From the IMG/VR virus record IMGVR_UViG_3300012936_005865, positions 1 to 61,562 of that record: 61,562 nucleotides of DNA, one strand, 5' to 3'. Under the pieces are notes generated by a model that saw only the letters and a program-made list of their open reading frames with translations, was not told where the DNA came from and did not search any database. Source of the stretch: a virus (lineage: Duplodnaviria; Caudoviricetes). The position numbers and the translations under genes are program-made. Shown in pieces: positions 26,692-35,579 of this stretch. Position 1 is the stretch's first letter. Every line of letters starts with the position of its first letter.

Positions 26692-27903
26692 GTGTTAATA
26701 ACAGAAAAAAAGCTTCGGAGGTTTATTAGTGAAATATTCATGAATTTTCGGAATGACCCCAAGGAAAGAATTAAGCGACGACATCCTGCATTGACTGATA
26801 TAGTTAATGCTGTTAACGCAGCAGCAGAAGTTGTCGGATACACAACACTCAAAGATTTTTTGTGGTCAATAAATCATAAATTTGCAAATAACAAGGTAAT
26901 AGAATCAAGAAAATATATTTCAGAAAATATTAAATCTCAAGAAGGCTGGCGGGCCGGTCCGGATATGGATTGGCCAAATTATTACAGAAGGTCCGAACGT
27001 CAAAAACCTGCAATGGTACCGGTGCTAGATTCAAGTGACTCTTATGAAATAGAATCAGTTGGAACTCATGGTGGTTTATCACATATGATAAAGCATCTAC
27101 ACGAGTGGGACGAGTCGATAGTTGATAATCTCGCAGAACAAATAAGGGAATTATTTGCAGCCTTATTGACCCCGGAAGGAAAGACTTTAACGTTACGAAC
27201 AAAATCTGGCGAGACTCACACGGTGGAATCGGTTGATGACTTAAAGAAAGGGGTTTTTATAACCTATCTGGACTATATAAACGACAAATTAATTTCAGAT
27301 GGCTACTCCGAACTTTCCGTCTTTGAAAAAGAAGTTTTAGAAGTTGCTTCTTCTGAATATTACATTTACAATGCATTGGGCGAGGAACTCGAAAACAAAG
27401 CTGTAGATGTAAGTGATAAAGCTTTTCCTGATATAGAAGTGCTAGCTGAATTCTTAGAAACAGGACCCACTATTGAATATGAAGAACACAGGAAAATTAG
27501 TGACAAAATGACCATAAAAAGAAAATGTGTTATGGACCTGAGTACTGGTTGGTTTGTTGGATATGATTCAGTTGATGGATCGGCAAACTTGCTTACAATA
27601 TTTCAGATGCAAAAACAAGCGAAAAAAGGAATTTATAAAACACTTCTGTTGTTATCTCCTACAAAACGTTCAGCAAATCGGAAAAAACAAAAATACACAC
27701 ACACAAAAAATAAATCCCAGTTGACAAAGGATTATACAAATTTAAGAATTCTTTCCATGATCGCAAATGACAAAAGAGGGTTTATTAGTGCTGCTCAAGC
27801 GGCGAAGGATAAAAAGAATTCAAAAATGAAAAAACCTATCCCTGTAACCAAAGGAACAGAGGACTTAAAGAATATCAAATTAAAAAGAAAAAAAAGAAAA
27901 TAA
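26692..27903 (+). CDS. hypothetical protein with MLITEKKLRRFISE tag and basic C-terminus
   Basis: AGGAG RBS; HGGLSHMIKH block; Lys-rich tail. Confidence 0.7.
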   Translation: MLITEKKLRRFISEIFMNFRNDPKERIKRRHPALTDIVNAVNAAAEVVGYTTLKDFLWSINHKFANNKVIESRKYISENIKSQEGWRAGPDMDWPNYYRRSERQKPAMVPVLDSSDSYEIESVGTHGGLSHMIKHLHEWDESIVDNLAEQIRELFAALLTPEGKTLTLRTKSGETHTVESVDDLKKGVFITYLDYINDKLISDGYSELSVFEKEVLEVASSEYYIYNALGEELENKAVDVSDKAFPDIEVLAEFLETGPTIEYEEHRKISDKMTIKRKCVMDLSTGWFVGYDSVDGSANLLTIFQMQKQAKKGIYKTLLLLSPTKRSANRKKQKYTHTKNKSQLTKDYTNLRILSMIANDKRGFISAAQAAKDKKNSKMKKPIPVTKGTEDLKNIKLKRKKRK

Positions 27904-27905
27904 AT

Positions 27906-27934
27906 TTGTAAAAATAATCGTTAGTCTCTATAAT
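27906..27934 (+). promoter_or_regulatory. sigma70-type promoter TTGTAA-N17-TATAAT
   Basis: Exact motif upstream of Hsp20. Confidence 0.75.
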
Positions 27935-27978
27935 GTAATTGTTCGAATACGAACATAACCCACAAACGGAGACAATAA

Positions 27979-28419
27979 ATGAACAAACTTATACGATACA
28001 ATAACCCTTTTTCTACATTTTCTACTTTTTTCAATGATTTTGATTCTATGTTTATGCCTTTATCCTACCGCAAAGATATGACAAAAAATGTCATGAACGA
28101 TACTCCACGTGCCAACATTTATAAAAAAGATCACGGCTACACTATCGAGCTCGCAGCTCCGGGCCTTTCTCGTGATGACTTCGAAATGTCTGTTGAAAAT
28201 GGTGTACTCAGCATCAAGGTAGAAACAGAAAACGGAGCGAACGAAAGCCAAGAGATTCGTCGACGCGAATGGAATTACATGTCATTCACACGATCCTTTA
28301 CACTTCCTGAAACAACAAGCGTTGATAACATCAATGCTCGTTATGAGGCTGGAATCCTCCATATCGATGTCCCTGTTGAAAAAGAACGAAATGATCGTCG
28401 TACTATTACAATCGAATAG
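27979..28419 (+). CDS. small heat-shock protein (Hsp20/alpha-crystallin)
   Basis: PRANI...Y.IELAAPG, F.RSFTLP, A.YEAGIL.I.VP. Confidence 0.93.
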   Translation: MNKLIRYNNPFSTFSTFFNDFDSMFMPLSYRKDMTKNVMNDTPRANIYKKDHGYTIELAAPGLSRDDFEMSVENGVLSIKVETENGANESQEIRRREWNYMSFTRSFTLPETTSVDNINARYEAGILHIDVPVEKERNDRRTITIE

Positions 28420-28455
28420 TACACAAACGAGATAGGTTGTTGGTTACTATCTCGT

Positions 28456-28483
28456 GAGAGGGCAGAAATGCCCTCTCTTTTAT
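28456..28483 (+). terminator. intrinsic terminator
   Basis: GAGAGGGCA-GAAA-TGCCCTCTC then TTTT; a second hairpin (CGAGATAG...CTATCTCG) lies just upstream. Confidence 0.85.
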
Positions 28484-28506
28484 TATTTAGAGAGATACTT
28501 ATCTAC

Positions 28507-28809
28507 ATGAAAAAGATAAAAGAAGAAATAGGCAGAAATTATCATACGTTAGATACCGATCCATACACGTGGAAAGATTATTCAGATGTTGCAGTTGAGA
28601 CATATGCGAATGCAGAAGATTCAACTTGGTCAGCAAAAGTGAACTGTATATCTAATCCAAAATTGTCATCTCCAGAAAGAAGGTTTTCGGATGAGCAATC
28701 TGCAAATCATTGGGCTAGAATGCAAGCAGAAAGAATAATGAGAAAAACACTAAATGAATTTAGGAATATCATCAAAGAAATTATAATAAAAGAATTTGTA
28801 AATAAGTGA
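28507..28809 (+). CDS. hypothetical protein with C-terminal FRNIIKEIIIKE motif
   Basis: Start at MKKIKEE; ORF-track extension overlaps terminator. Confidence 0.65.
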   Translation: MKKIKEEIGRNYHTLDTDPYTWKDYSDVAVETYANAEDSTWSAKVNCISNPKLSSPERRFSDEQSANHWARMQAERIMRKTLNEFRNIIKEIIIKEFVNK

Positions 28810-28824
28810 TTTTATGGTTATAAT
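28796..28824 (+). promoter_or_regulatory. sigma70-type promoter TTGTAA-N17-TATAAT
   Basis: Exact motif, then AGGAGG and ATG 28846. Confidence 0.75.
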
Positions 28825-28845
28825 GCCAATGCATAGGAGGCAACG

Positions 28846-29343
28846 ATGGCAACTTATAATCATAAAAGACTTTTTTCTCAGGTGACTAGGTCACCGGTTG
28901 ATGAATCGGAATCGTACGAATCTATATGGGCTTACTACTTAAAGTTTGATGGATCTGATAATTCTGTTCCGGGAAGATTCAGAATTAGAGTAAACAGAGT
29001 GTCGAATAGGGATATGGTACAGATTCTTAATCCTAACGTTGATACTGACGATGTTCCTGAGGGCTCTATGTTATCCGGACAACTGGATAAATGGTCAGAA
29101 AAAGGATGGATACCGTGTTTGGATTGGATTGGAGACCCTGATACTGCTACGATTAATTCAATAGAAAAAGACCTAGTTTCGCATTTCGAAATGTTTACAT
29201 TAGGCAGTTCAGAAAATTCTTCAGAATGGATCGCCCCACCTGATGAGCCTACTACACCACCGAGAAAGAAGACAGAGAAAGACAAGGACTCCAATCCTGT
29301 AAAAGACGAAGTAGATGGACCTGATGATTTAGAGTGGATTTAA
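28846..29343 (+). CDS. hypothetical protein with acidic tail
   Basis: Strong RBS; C-terminus GPDDLEWI. Confidence 0.7.
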   Translation: MATYNHKRLFSQVTRSPVDESESYESIWAYYLKFDGSDNSVPGRFRIRVNRVSNRDMVQILNPNVDTDDVPEGSMLSGQLDKWSEKGWIPCLDWIGDPDTATINSIEKDLVSHFEMFTLGSSENSSEWIAPPDEPTTPPRKKTEKDKDSNPVKDEVDGPDDLEWI

Positions 29344-29355
29344 TTTGTAATTCTG

Positions 29356-29400
29356 GTGTAACGAGTATCGAAACTAGTTAAATTATAATTGTAACTAACA
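29356..29400 (+). repeat. promoter-like repeat copy 1 (GTGTAA-N17-TAAATT...TGTAAC)
   Basis: Degenerate copy of element at 29771 and 31102. Confidence 0.55.
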
Positions 29401-29414
29401 ACCATGGAGGCACC

Positions 29415-29768
29415 ATGCGCAGGAAACTTTCGCGCGACATTGCAAAAGCTTTTGCCGCGAAAAAACAGGAATTGGCTTCTTCTAGTTCTCCGGAGCAAGA
29501 AAAACCAAAGTCACTAAAGCAGCAAAAAAGAGAAATCGGGCGTAACATTCGATACTCGGAAGAATTTTCCGACATGCAAGAAAAAAAGACTACCAGATGG
29601 TCTTACAAACCAAACATGTTGGTGCGATCAAAGAAGATTCGTGGCCATGCTCCACTTGGAGAAGACAGGGTCTTCTTAGTCGTCGACGTCCGCGGAGATT
29701 ACCTAGATGTTCTTGTTGAGCAATCCATTCAGAATTATCACAGCAAATATTTTTTTCCAATAAACTAA
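29415..29768 (+). CDS. hypothetical protein with C-terminal SH3/KOW-like domain
   Basis: GGAGG RBS; YKPNMLV...FLVVDV...LDVL. Confidence 0.65.
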   Translation: MRRKLSRDIAKAFAAKKQELASSSSPEQEKPKSLKQQKREIGRNIRYSEEFSDMQEKKTTRWSYKPNMLVRSKKIRGHAPLGEDRVFLVVDVRGDYLDVLVEQSIQNYHSKYFFPIN

Positions 29769-29770
29769 CA

Positions 29771-29825
29771 AAAATCAGTGTAGCCAACCTAGCCATAAGC
29801 TAAATTATATATGTAACCAAAAAAC
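29771..29825 (+). repeat. promoter-like repeat copy 2
   Basis: AAAATCAGTGTAGCCAA...TAAATTATATATGTAACCAAAAAAC, colinear with 31102..31156. Confidence 0.7.
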
Positions 29826-29837
29826 AACGGAGTCCAC

Positions 29838-30932
29838 ATGGCGAAAACAACCATCTCAATTTCATCCTTCAAATCCGTCGCACCGCTGCTTCCGCCTTCA
29901 AAAGCTATTCTTATGCGGGGCCCTACTGGTATCGGTAAGTCTCATCTTGCCAAGCAGATTGCCGAACATCACGGTTTGCCTTTTATCGATGTCCGCGGGT
30001 CTACAATGTCCGAAGGTGATGTTGGCGGCTATCCAGACATCGAAGGAATGAAAGAATCCGGAGTCATGACTTTCTGTATGCCATCATGGTTTGTGCGCGC
30101 ATGCAACGAACCTGTGGTTCTTATGCTTGACGAGCTGAATCGTTCTCTTCCAGGCGTGCAACAATCTTTCTTTCAGCTTGTTCTAGATCGAGAGCTCGGG
30201 AATGACAAGAACGGTATGCCTTATAAGCTTCATCCACAGACTCGCGTAATTGCCGCTGTGAACGATGGTTCTGAGTACGATGTAAATGACATGGACCCTG
30301 CGCTTCTGCGTAGATTCTGGGTGTGTGACCTGCTTCCAACGGTTCAAGACTGGACCGTATGGGCAAAACAGAATAATATCAGTTCAATCATGATTGATTT
30401 TATCAATCAAAATCAACCTCACTTTCGTATCGATCCATCTCAAGTCGAGCCTGGAACTGTTGTGCCTTGTCCTGCTACTTGGGCTGACTTAGACCAATGT
30501 CTCAAGCATGCCGGGATAGACCTTCGCAAGTGTGCTGGTAAAGAATCTCCCGAAGGACTATACATTATGGCTCTAGGTCTTGTTGGTACTTCTGCTGCTG
30601 TGGCATTCTCTGCTTTTGTCAAAGAGTACGATATACAAATCTCTGCAGAGGACATACTCGACGGTATAGTTACAGAGTTCGAGGAGTATGATATATCTAT
30701 GCTTAACTCTGTTATCGAAAAGCTTGGAGACCATTCTCGTGAGAATAAGTGGACCAAAAAACAAGCCGAATATGTTGCGAATTTTGCAAAAGCTATATCT
30801 GGTGAGATGATGGTATCTACATGGAACAAGATTACTTCCTCACAAAATCTAGACAACATCCAAAAAATTCACAAGCTAATGGGCCAAGACGTCGTCGCAG
30901 CTGTGCAGGCATCTAGAAATCTAGGAAAATAG
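29838..30932 (+). CDS. MoxR-like AAA+ ATPase
   Basis: Walker A GPTGIGKS, Walker B LMLDELNR, AAVN sensor, MDPALLRRF. Confidence 0.9.
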   Translation: MAKTTISISSFKSVAPLLPPSKAILMRGPTGIGKSHLAKQIAEHHGLPFIDVRGSTMSEGDVGGYPDIEGMKESGVMTFCMPSWFVRACNEPVVLMLDELNRSLPGVQQSFFQLVLDRELGNDKNGMPYKLHPQTRVIAAVNDGSEYDVNDMDPALLRRFWVCDLLPTVQDWTVWAKQNNISSIMIDFINQNQPHFRIDPSQVEPGTVVPCPATWADLDQCLKHAGIDLRKCAGKESPEGLYIMALGLVGTSAAVAFSAFVKEYDIQISAEDILDGIVTEFEEYDISMLNSVIEKLGDHSRENKWTKKQAEYVANFAKAISGEMMVSTWNKITSSQNLDNIQKIHKLMGQDVVAAVQASRNLGK

Positions 30933-30933
30933 A

Positions 30934-31125
30934 TTGAATTATAAGGTTGGAGATCTTCTATACAAAGAGGACGGGAGTGCATGCGCTCTCGTCCTTGGTA
31001 TAATTGAAAACAAACAAGAACCCGATTGGTCAAAAATTATGCTTTTCCATGATGGAATGCTTTATTCTCTTTTTGGCAGGTCAATAAGAAATAAATTTAT
31101 TAAAATCAGTGTAACCAATCGATAG
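30934..31125 (+). CDS. small SH3/KOW-like protein
   Basis: YKVGDLL N-terminus. Confidence 0.5.
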   Translation: MNYKVGDLLYKEDGSACALVLGIIENKQEPDWSKIMLFHDGMLYSLFGRSIRNKFIKISVTNR

Positions 31126-31156
31126 ACTAGTTAAATTAACTATGTAACCAAAAAAC
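31102..31156 (+). repeat. promoter-like repeat copy 3
   Basis: AAAATCAGTGTAACCAA...TAAATTAACTATGTAACCAAAAAAC. Confidence 0.7.
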
Positions 31157-31165
31157 GGAGGAGCT

Positions 31166-32572
31166 ATGTCTGATAATCTAAATGACGCAATCGAGACCAC
31201 CGAGGTCTCGGACGAGCAAGCCGCGGCCTTTGACCTCTCCCCACACCTTATTAGGCTTATGTGGGAAGAACCATTTTTCGCGCGAATATTTCAGACTATT
31301 GAAAAAACAAAGACTGAATCTATTCCAACCGCCGGTGTGATTGCAAAGAATTCTAGATTTCATCTTTATTGGAACCCTAAATTCCTGGCCGGTCTCAAAG
31401 CAAACGAAATAAAAGGTTTGCTAAAACACGAATGTTATCACTTGGTCTTTGAGCACACAACAACCCGAAAGAATGATCCACATATTATCTGGAACTATGC
31501 GACTGATCTTGCTATTAATTCTCTTATTGCAGAAGAAGAATTGCCAGAAGGCGGCCTCATTCCAGGTAAAAAATTCAAAAAGCTTTCTTCAGCCCAAATT
31601 AAAAGAATGGGAAAAGAGGCAGCTGATCGATACGATAAGGTCAGCTCAAAGATCGCTTCTTTTCCAAAAATGAAGTCTAGCGAATGGTATTTTGCAGAAC
31701 TAATGAACGATAAAGAAGTACAGGAAGCGATCAAGTCCTCTGAGGCGATGGCTGGAAAGTCTTTAGAACAAGCGATAGCAGATGGAGATGTAAAGCTTGA
31801 CGAGAACGGTAATCTTGTTGACAGAGACGGTAATCCGGTAACTGTAGTTCCTGGAAATGGCGATGGAACACCTATGGACTCTCACGAAGGTTGGGGTGAA
31901 CTATCCGATGAGCAGCGCGAGATGATGAAAGGCAAAATGAAAAAGGCCATAGCCGACGCGATCAATCGATGTGACGGCTCAAACCAATGGGGTTCCGTTC
32001 CGGCGGAGATGCAGCAAACATTAAGAAAGATGTTAGCGAACGAAATACCATGGCAGTCTGTCCTGAAACAGTTTGTGGGCATGTCAAAGCGTTCTTCTCG
32101 ACTGTCTTCCGTGCGCCGACTCAATCGTAAATATCCAGGAGTTCATCCGGGAACTTACAAAAATTATACAGCTTCTATAGCAGTATACGTTGATCAGTCT
32201 GGTTCTGTCTCAGACTCAGATTTAGAACTACTCGGTGGCGAGCTTGATGCACTGGCGGATAGGGTTGAATTCACATTGTACAACTTTGATACTAGCGTCG
32301 ATGAGGACTCTGAGCGCACTATCAAGAAAGGTAGCCGACTTACACTAGAAAGAACAAGATGCGGTGGGACAGACTTTCGATGTGTTCAGGACCACGCGAA
32401 TAAGAATAAGTCTAGATTTGATGGTTATCTAGTCCTCACAGACGGTTACGCCTCAGACCCAAAAGGGCACAACAAACTAAAAAGAGGATGGGTTATCGTT
32501 CCATACGGCCAGCTGCAGTTCCAAAATTCTAGCAGAGACTTTGTTATCTCTATGAAAAACAAGGCAAAGTAA
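31166..32572 (+). CDS. putative metallopeptidase with C-terminal VWA-like domain (DUF2201-type)
   Basis: LKHECYH (HExxH), WNYATDLAIN, VDQSGS MIDAS, GGTDF, LTDG. Confidence 0.88.
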   Translation: MSDNLNDAIETTEVSDEQAAAFDLSPHLIRLMWEEPFFARIFQTIEKTKTESIPTAGVIAKNSRFHLYWNPKFLAGLKANEIKGLLKHECYHLVFEHTTTRKNDPHIIWNYATDLAINSLIAEEELPEGGLIPGKKFKKLSSAQIKRMGKEAADRYDKVSSKIASFPKMKSSEWYFAELMNDKEVQEAIKSSEAMAGKSLEQAIADGDVKLDENGNLVDRDGNPVTVVPGNGDGTPMDSHEGWGELSDEQREMMKGKMKKAIADAINRCDGSNQWGSVPAEMQQTLRKMLANEIPWQSVLKQFVGMSKRSSRLSSVRRLNRKYPGVHPGTYKNYTASIAVYVDQSGSVSDSDLELLGGELDALADRVEFTLYNFDTSVDEDSERTIKKGSRLTLERTRCGGTDFRCVQDHANKNKSRFDGYLVLTDGYASDPKGHNKLKRGWVIVPYGQLQFQNSSRDFVISMKNKAK

Positions 32573-32698
32573 TGTGGATCATTTGGGCAAAAGAGTCCGG
32601 ACAATGGAATAAGATTATGGAAACTCAATCTATTTCAGAGGCCTGTAAATATGCAGACTGGTTTATAGAAGAAAAATTATATAAAGGAAAAAATATTT

Positions 32699-33391
32699 CT
32701 ATAATGGCGAAAGGACACTTTCCAAAATCTGATTAATCGAAGAAAGGTTTGCTCCCATTACACAATGCGGAAATTCCATATGTACCGAACTTATTATCCC
32801 GATAAGTTCGGATTTTTCGTTATATACAGGTGATCCGCTAGCGCCGCCAGTTGCTGGAAAAGACCATATATCATTTCCAAAAGGTTCTATTCCAGAATAA
32901 TTTCCCTCGTACTTATGTAGTACACCTTCTGCATATAACCCTGCAGGGTATCCTACGTAGTAAACTTTTTCAAGTAACTCAGGCCTTTTTTCTGATATTG
33001 TTACGACTGATACGTTTTTATCTATTCTAAGAATACACAGGTCTGATTTTAAGTCGAGTGCTTGAATATGTGCTTTTGTTTCGTTGCCATAAATATCGTT
33101 AACGGATATGTTCGGCGTGGCAAAAAACAACCCGGGATCCCCCATACAAACGTGGGCAGCCGACATAATAAGAGAAACTCCGTCATAAGGATTAGAGACC
33201 GCCACTCCGGATCCTGTAATCACTGCAAATGGTTCTTCGTCCGTATCGTTGAATTTATATTCTAGAGCTATGAAATAAGAAGTATTTGGTATAGAACCTA
33301 TTGATTGTTTATGAATCTTATTTATTTTTCCACAACAACCAATCCAAAAAGTAAAAAAAAGAAGGCACATGACGACTCTAATTAATTTCAT
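32699..33391 (-). CDS. trypsin-like serine protease, probable lipoprotein
   Basis: SAAHVC, DLC, VGYP, GASGSP triad motifs; signal peptide ending WIG-C. Confidence 0.88.
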   Translation of the reverse strand: MKLIRVVMCLLFFTFWIGCCGKINKIHKQSIGSIPNTSYFIALEYKFNDTDEEPFAVITGSGVAVSNPYDGVSLIMSAAHVCMGDPGLFFATPNISVNDIYGNETKAHIQALDLKSDLCILRIDKNVSVVTISEKRPELLEKVYYVGYPAGLYAEGVLHKYEGNYSGIEPFGNDIWSFPATGGASGSPVYNEKSELIGIISSVHMEFPHCVMGANLSSINQILESVLSPL

Positions 33392-33458
33392 TTATTTTTC
33401 CCCCGAATAAACAACTCCACAATTTTAAGTATGATTTTTATTAGTAGAAGGAGAAAAT

Positions 33459-34247
33459 ATGAAAAAAATAATTTTATTTGATATGGACGGAACACTAACT
33501 CCAGCAAGAGGAAGTATGGGAGTTAGAATGTCATATTATCTAGGAAAATTACAGGACAGTGGCTATGATGTTGGTATAGTTTCTGGATCGGACATGGAAT
33601 ATATTGAGCAGCAATGTCAGGTTTTGTTTGATATATCTAGCGCAGATTGGACAAAAATAAAATATTTTCCTTGCAATGGCACAAAATATTACACGGTGTC
33701 TAATAATAAATTTCAGCTTCATTATGCTAACGACATGAAAAAAACCATCGGAAAAAAGCTTTATATGAAAATTATAAGAGATATTGTTGACAAACATTCA
33801 AATTTAATTTGGCTAGAAGATGGCGATAAAATCCCAATGTCCGGTACGTTTATAAAATACAGAGGTTCAATGATTAATTGGTGTCCAATAGGAAGAGATT
33901 CATCGGCTAAGGACCGGGAGACATGGGTTGTCTTAGATAAAAAAAATAACTGGAGAAACCAGATACTGAATGTTTTTAACAGTACTCAGGATTATAAAGA
34001 CATTACATTTAAATTAGGTGGAGAAACTAGTTTTGACATATACCCAAGCGGATGGGATAAAACGTTGGCTCTTCAGCAAGTAAAAAAAGAGGGATACGAA
34101 GATATATATTTTATCGGGGACCGTTGTGGCGACAACGGAAACGATTATGAAATATATAAAGCCGTTGGAGACAAAGGTTACGAAACAGAATCACCTGATA
34201 ATACTGTTGACATAATCAAAAATATTCTTGGGTATGACGATGAATAA
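33459..34247 (+). CDS. phosphomannomutase, eukaryotic-type (HAD IIB)
   Basis: FDMDGTLT, VSGSD, FIKYRGSMINWCPIGR, GGETSFDIYPSGWDKT, FIGD...GNDYEIY. Confidence 0.9.
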   Translation: MKKIILFDMDGTLTPARGSMGVRMSYYLGKLQDSGYDVGIVSGSDMEYIEQQCQVLFDISSADWTKIKYFPCNGTKYYTVSNNKFQLHYANDMKKTIGKKLYMKIIRDIVDKHSNLIWLEDGDKIPMSGTFIKYRGSMINWCPIGRDSSAKDRETWVVLDKKNNWRNQILNVFNSTQDYKDITFKLGGETSFDIYPSGWDKTLALQQVKKEGYEDIYFIGDRCGDNGNDYEIYKAVGDKGYETESPDNTVDIIKNILGYDDE

Positions 34248-34470
34248 AGAAGAATTAGAAGATTACATTCACGAGATCTGCATAACAGAGAACGATCAGG
34301 ATTATTTTGTTGACTGGCAATCAGACGATCAAGGTCTGCATCTGTGCATTTACTTCGAAGATAAAATAGGCGAACAGCTTCTGCGTAAAATACAATCGAT
34401 CAAAACCAAATACAGAATAGTTACTATGACAACACCAATTGGTTATATTGGTATGAAATTTCAAAATTAA
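34240..34470 (+). CDS. hypothetical protein
   Basis: Coupled to PMM stop. Confidence 0.55.
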   Translation: MNKEELEDYIHEICITENDQDYFVDWQSDDQGLHLCIYFEDKIGEQLLRKIQSIKTKYRIVTMTTPIGYIGMKFQN

Positions 34471-34547
34471 TTTATACACGAAAGCTTTATGCAATATATT
34501 TACACAGAGACAATAAGTCTCTACACACAACACACACGGAGAAAATC

Positions 34548-34736
34548 ATGGCCTTAAATCCATACGAACTAAGACAACATTTGTTACAACAAGCGCAAAG
34601 AATATTGACTGATGCGTATCACGTTGAAAGAGACAACTGTAGAGACGCAGGAAAACAATGCACAGCAACTTTTCCAACAACGGAAGACATTATCAAAGAG
34701 GCAGAAAAACTCTATCAATTTGTTCAAAAAAAATAA
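34548..34736 (+). CDS. conserved small phage protein
   Basis: NPYELR..LL..A...FPTTEDIIKEAEKLYQFV pattern seen in T4-like phage hypotheticals; GGAG RBS. Confidence 0.75.
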   Translation: MALNPYELRQHLLQQAQRILTDAYHVERDNCRDAGKQCTATFPTTEDIIKEAEKLYQFVQKK

Positions 34737-34784
34737 CCCGGAAATACAAAAACCGGTGAAACCCTGTTAATACCGAGACAGGTG

Positions 34785-34838
34785 GCGCCTTATTCTCTGT
34801 TCCCCCACTTCCCCCATAAGAGAATGAGGCGCTTTTTA
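34785..34838 (+). terminator. long-stem terminator with C-rich loop
   Basis: 14-bp stem GCGCCTTATTCTCT/AGAGAATGAGGCGC, 20-nt loop, then TTTTT. Confidence 0.75.
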
Positions 34839-34850
34839 TTTGGAGTCCTG

Positions 34851-35138
34851 ATGAAAAATAGAATACTATTGTTAAATAAGTATACTTCCAATTACAAAAT
34901 TGGCGACTTATTTATTTTAGATGGGACAGAAAATGTGCTAGAAGTTGATATCCGCGGAGGTCTTGTTGATTGCCATTTTGGGCCCGTGCTAGAGAGGGGT
35001 ATGATAGCAATGCTTATAGAAAAAGAAGATTGGGAAGATGCTGGAGGAGAATTGATTTTTTGTGTTAATGGAAAAATTATGAGCATGCCATATAAGGATG
35101 CAAGACCAAAACTGGCCTTATTGGCAGACAACAGTTAA
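34851..35138 (+). CDS. SH3/KOW-like hypothetical protein
   Basis: GGAG RBS; YKIGDLF. Confidence 0.55.
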   Translation: MKNRILLLNKYTSNYKIGDLFILDGTENVLEVDIRGGLVDCHFGPVLERGMIAMLIEKEDWEDAGGELIFCVNGKIMSMPYKDARPKLALLADNS

Positions 35139-35144
35139 AAGCTT

Positions 35145-35579
35145 ATGACGACTTATATTCAAGATAATTTTCAGAAAATCAAGGATCGTATGATCCAAAA
35201 ATATCTAGTAGAAAAAAGACATCTTTTTAGTTATCCACCTTGTATTGTTCCGGCTTGGGAAAATTTAATAGACGATATGATACATATCGTCGAGCATTGG
35301 AATAAAAACAATCCAGAAAAAAGAGTAAAATTTTTTCAAGTAAAAGAAAAATTTGGATGCCTTGTTGCGTATCTTGAAATTGATAATTTAAATGCAACGG
35401 GAAATAATATCGATGCAAATTTAAAAGGCAAGATATCCATGATAGCTGATAAAGGTATAACTATTTGTAGAATATGTGGAAAAGAGAAAATAGAAACTGT
35501 CGCAGATTCTCGGATTGTCTTAAAGTGTTTGGATCATTGGGATGAAAAAAATTTTTTCACCAGAAGGATAATTAAGTGA
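35145..35579 (+). CDS. conserved phage hypothetical protein with CxxC
   Basis: QVKEKFG.L..Y and CRICG...C..H. Confidence 0.7.
   Translation: MTTYIQDNFQKIKDRMIQKYLVEKRHLFSYPPCIVPAWENLIDDMIHIVEHWNKNNPEKRVKFFQVKEKFGCLVAYLEIDNLNATGNNIDANLKGKISMIADKGITICRICGKEKIETVADSRIVLKCLDHWDEKNFFTRRIIK

Noticed and set aside
33459-34247. Eukaryotic giant-virus origin suggested by eukaryote-type PMM
   Set aside because: Shine-Dalgarno sites, sigma70-type promoters, overlapping operons, tmRNA and bL36 indicate a bacterial host
34782-34850. N-terminal extension of ORF 34782..35138
   Set aside because: Overlaps the terminator hairpin; GGAG-preceded ATG at 34851 is the better start
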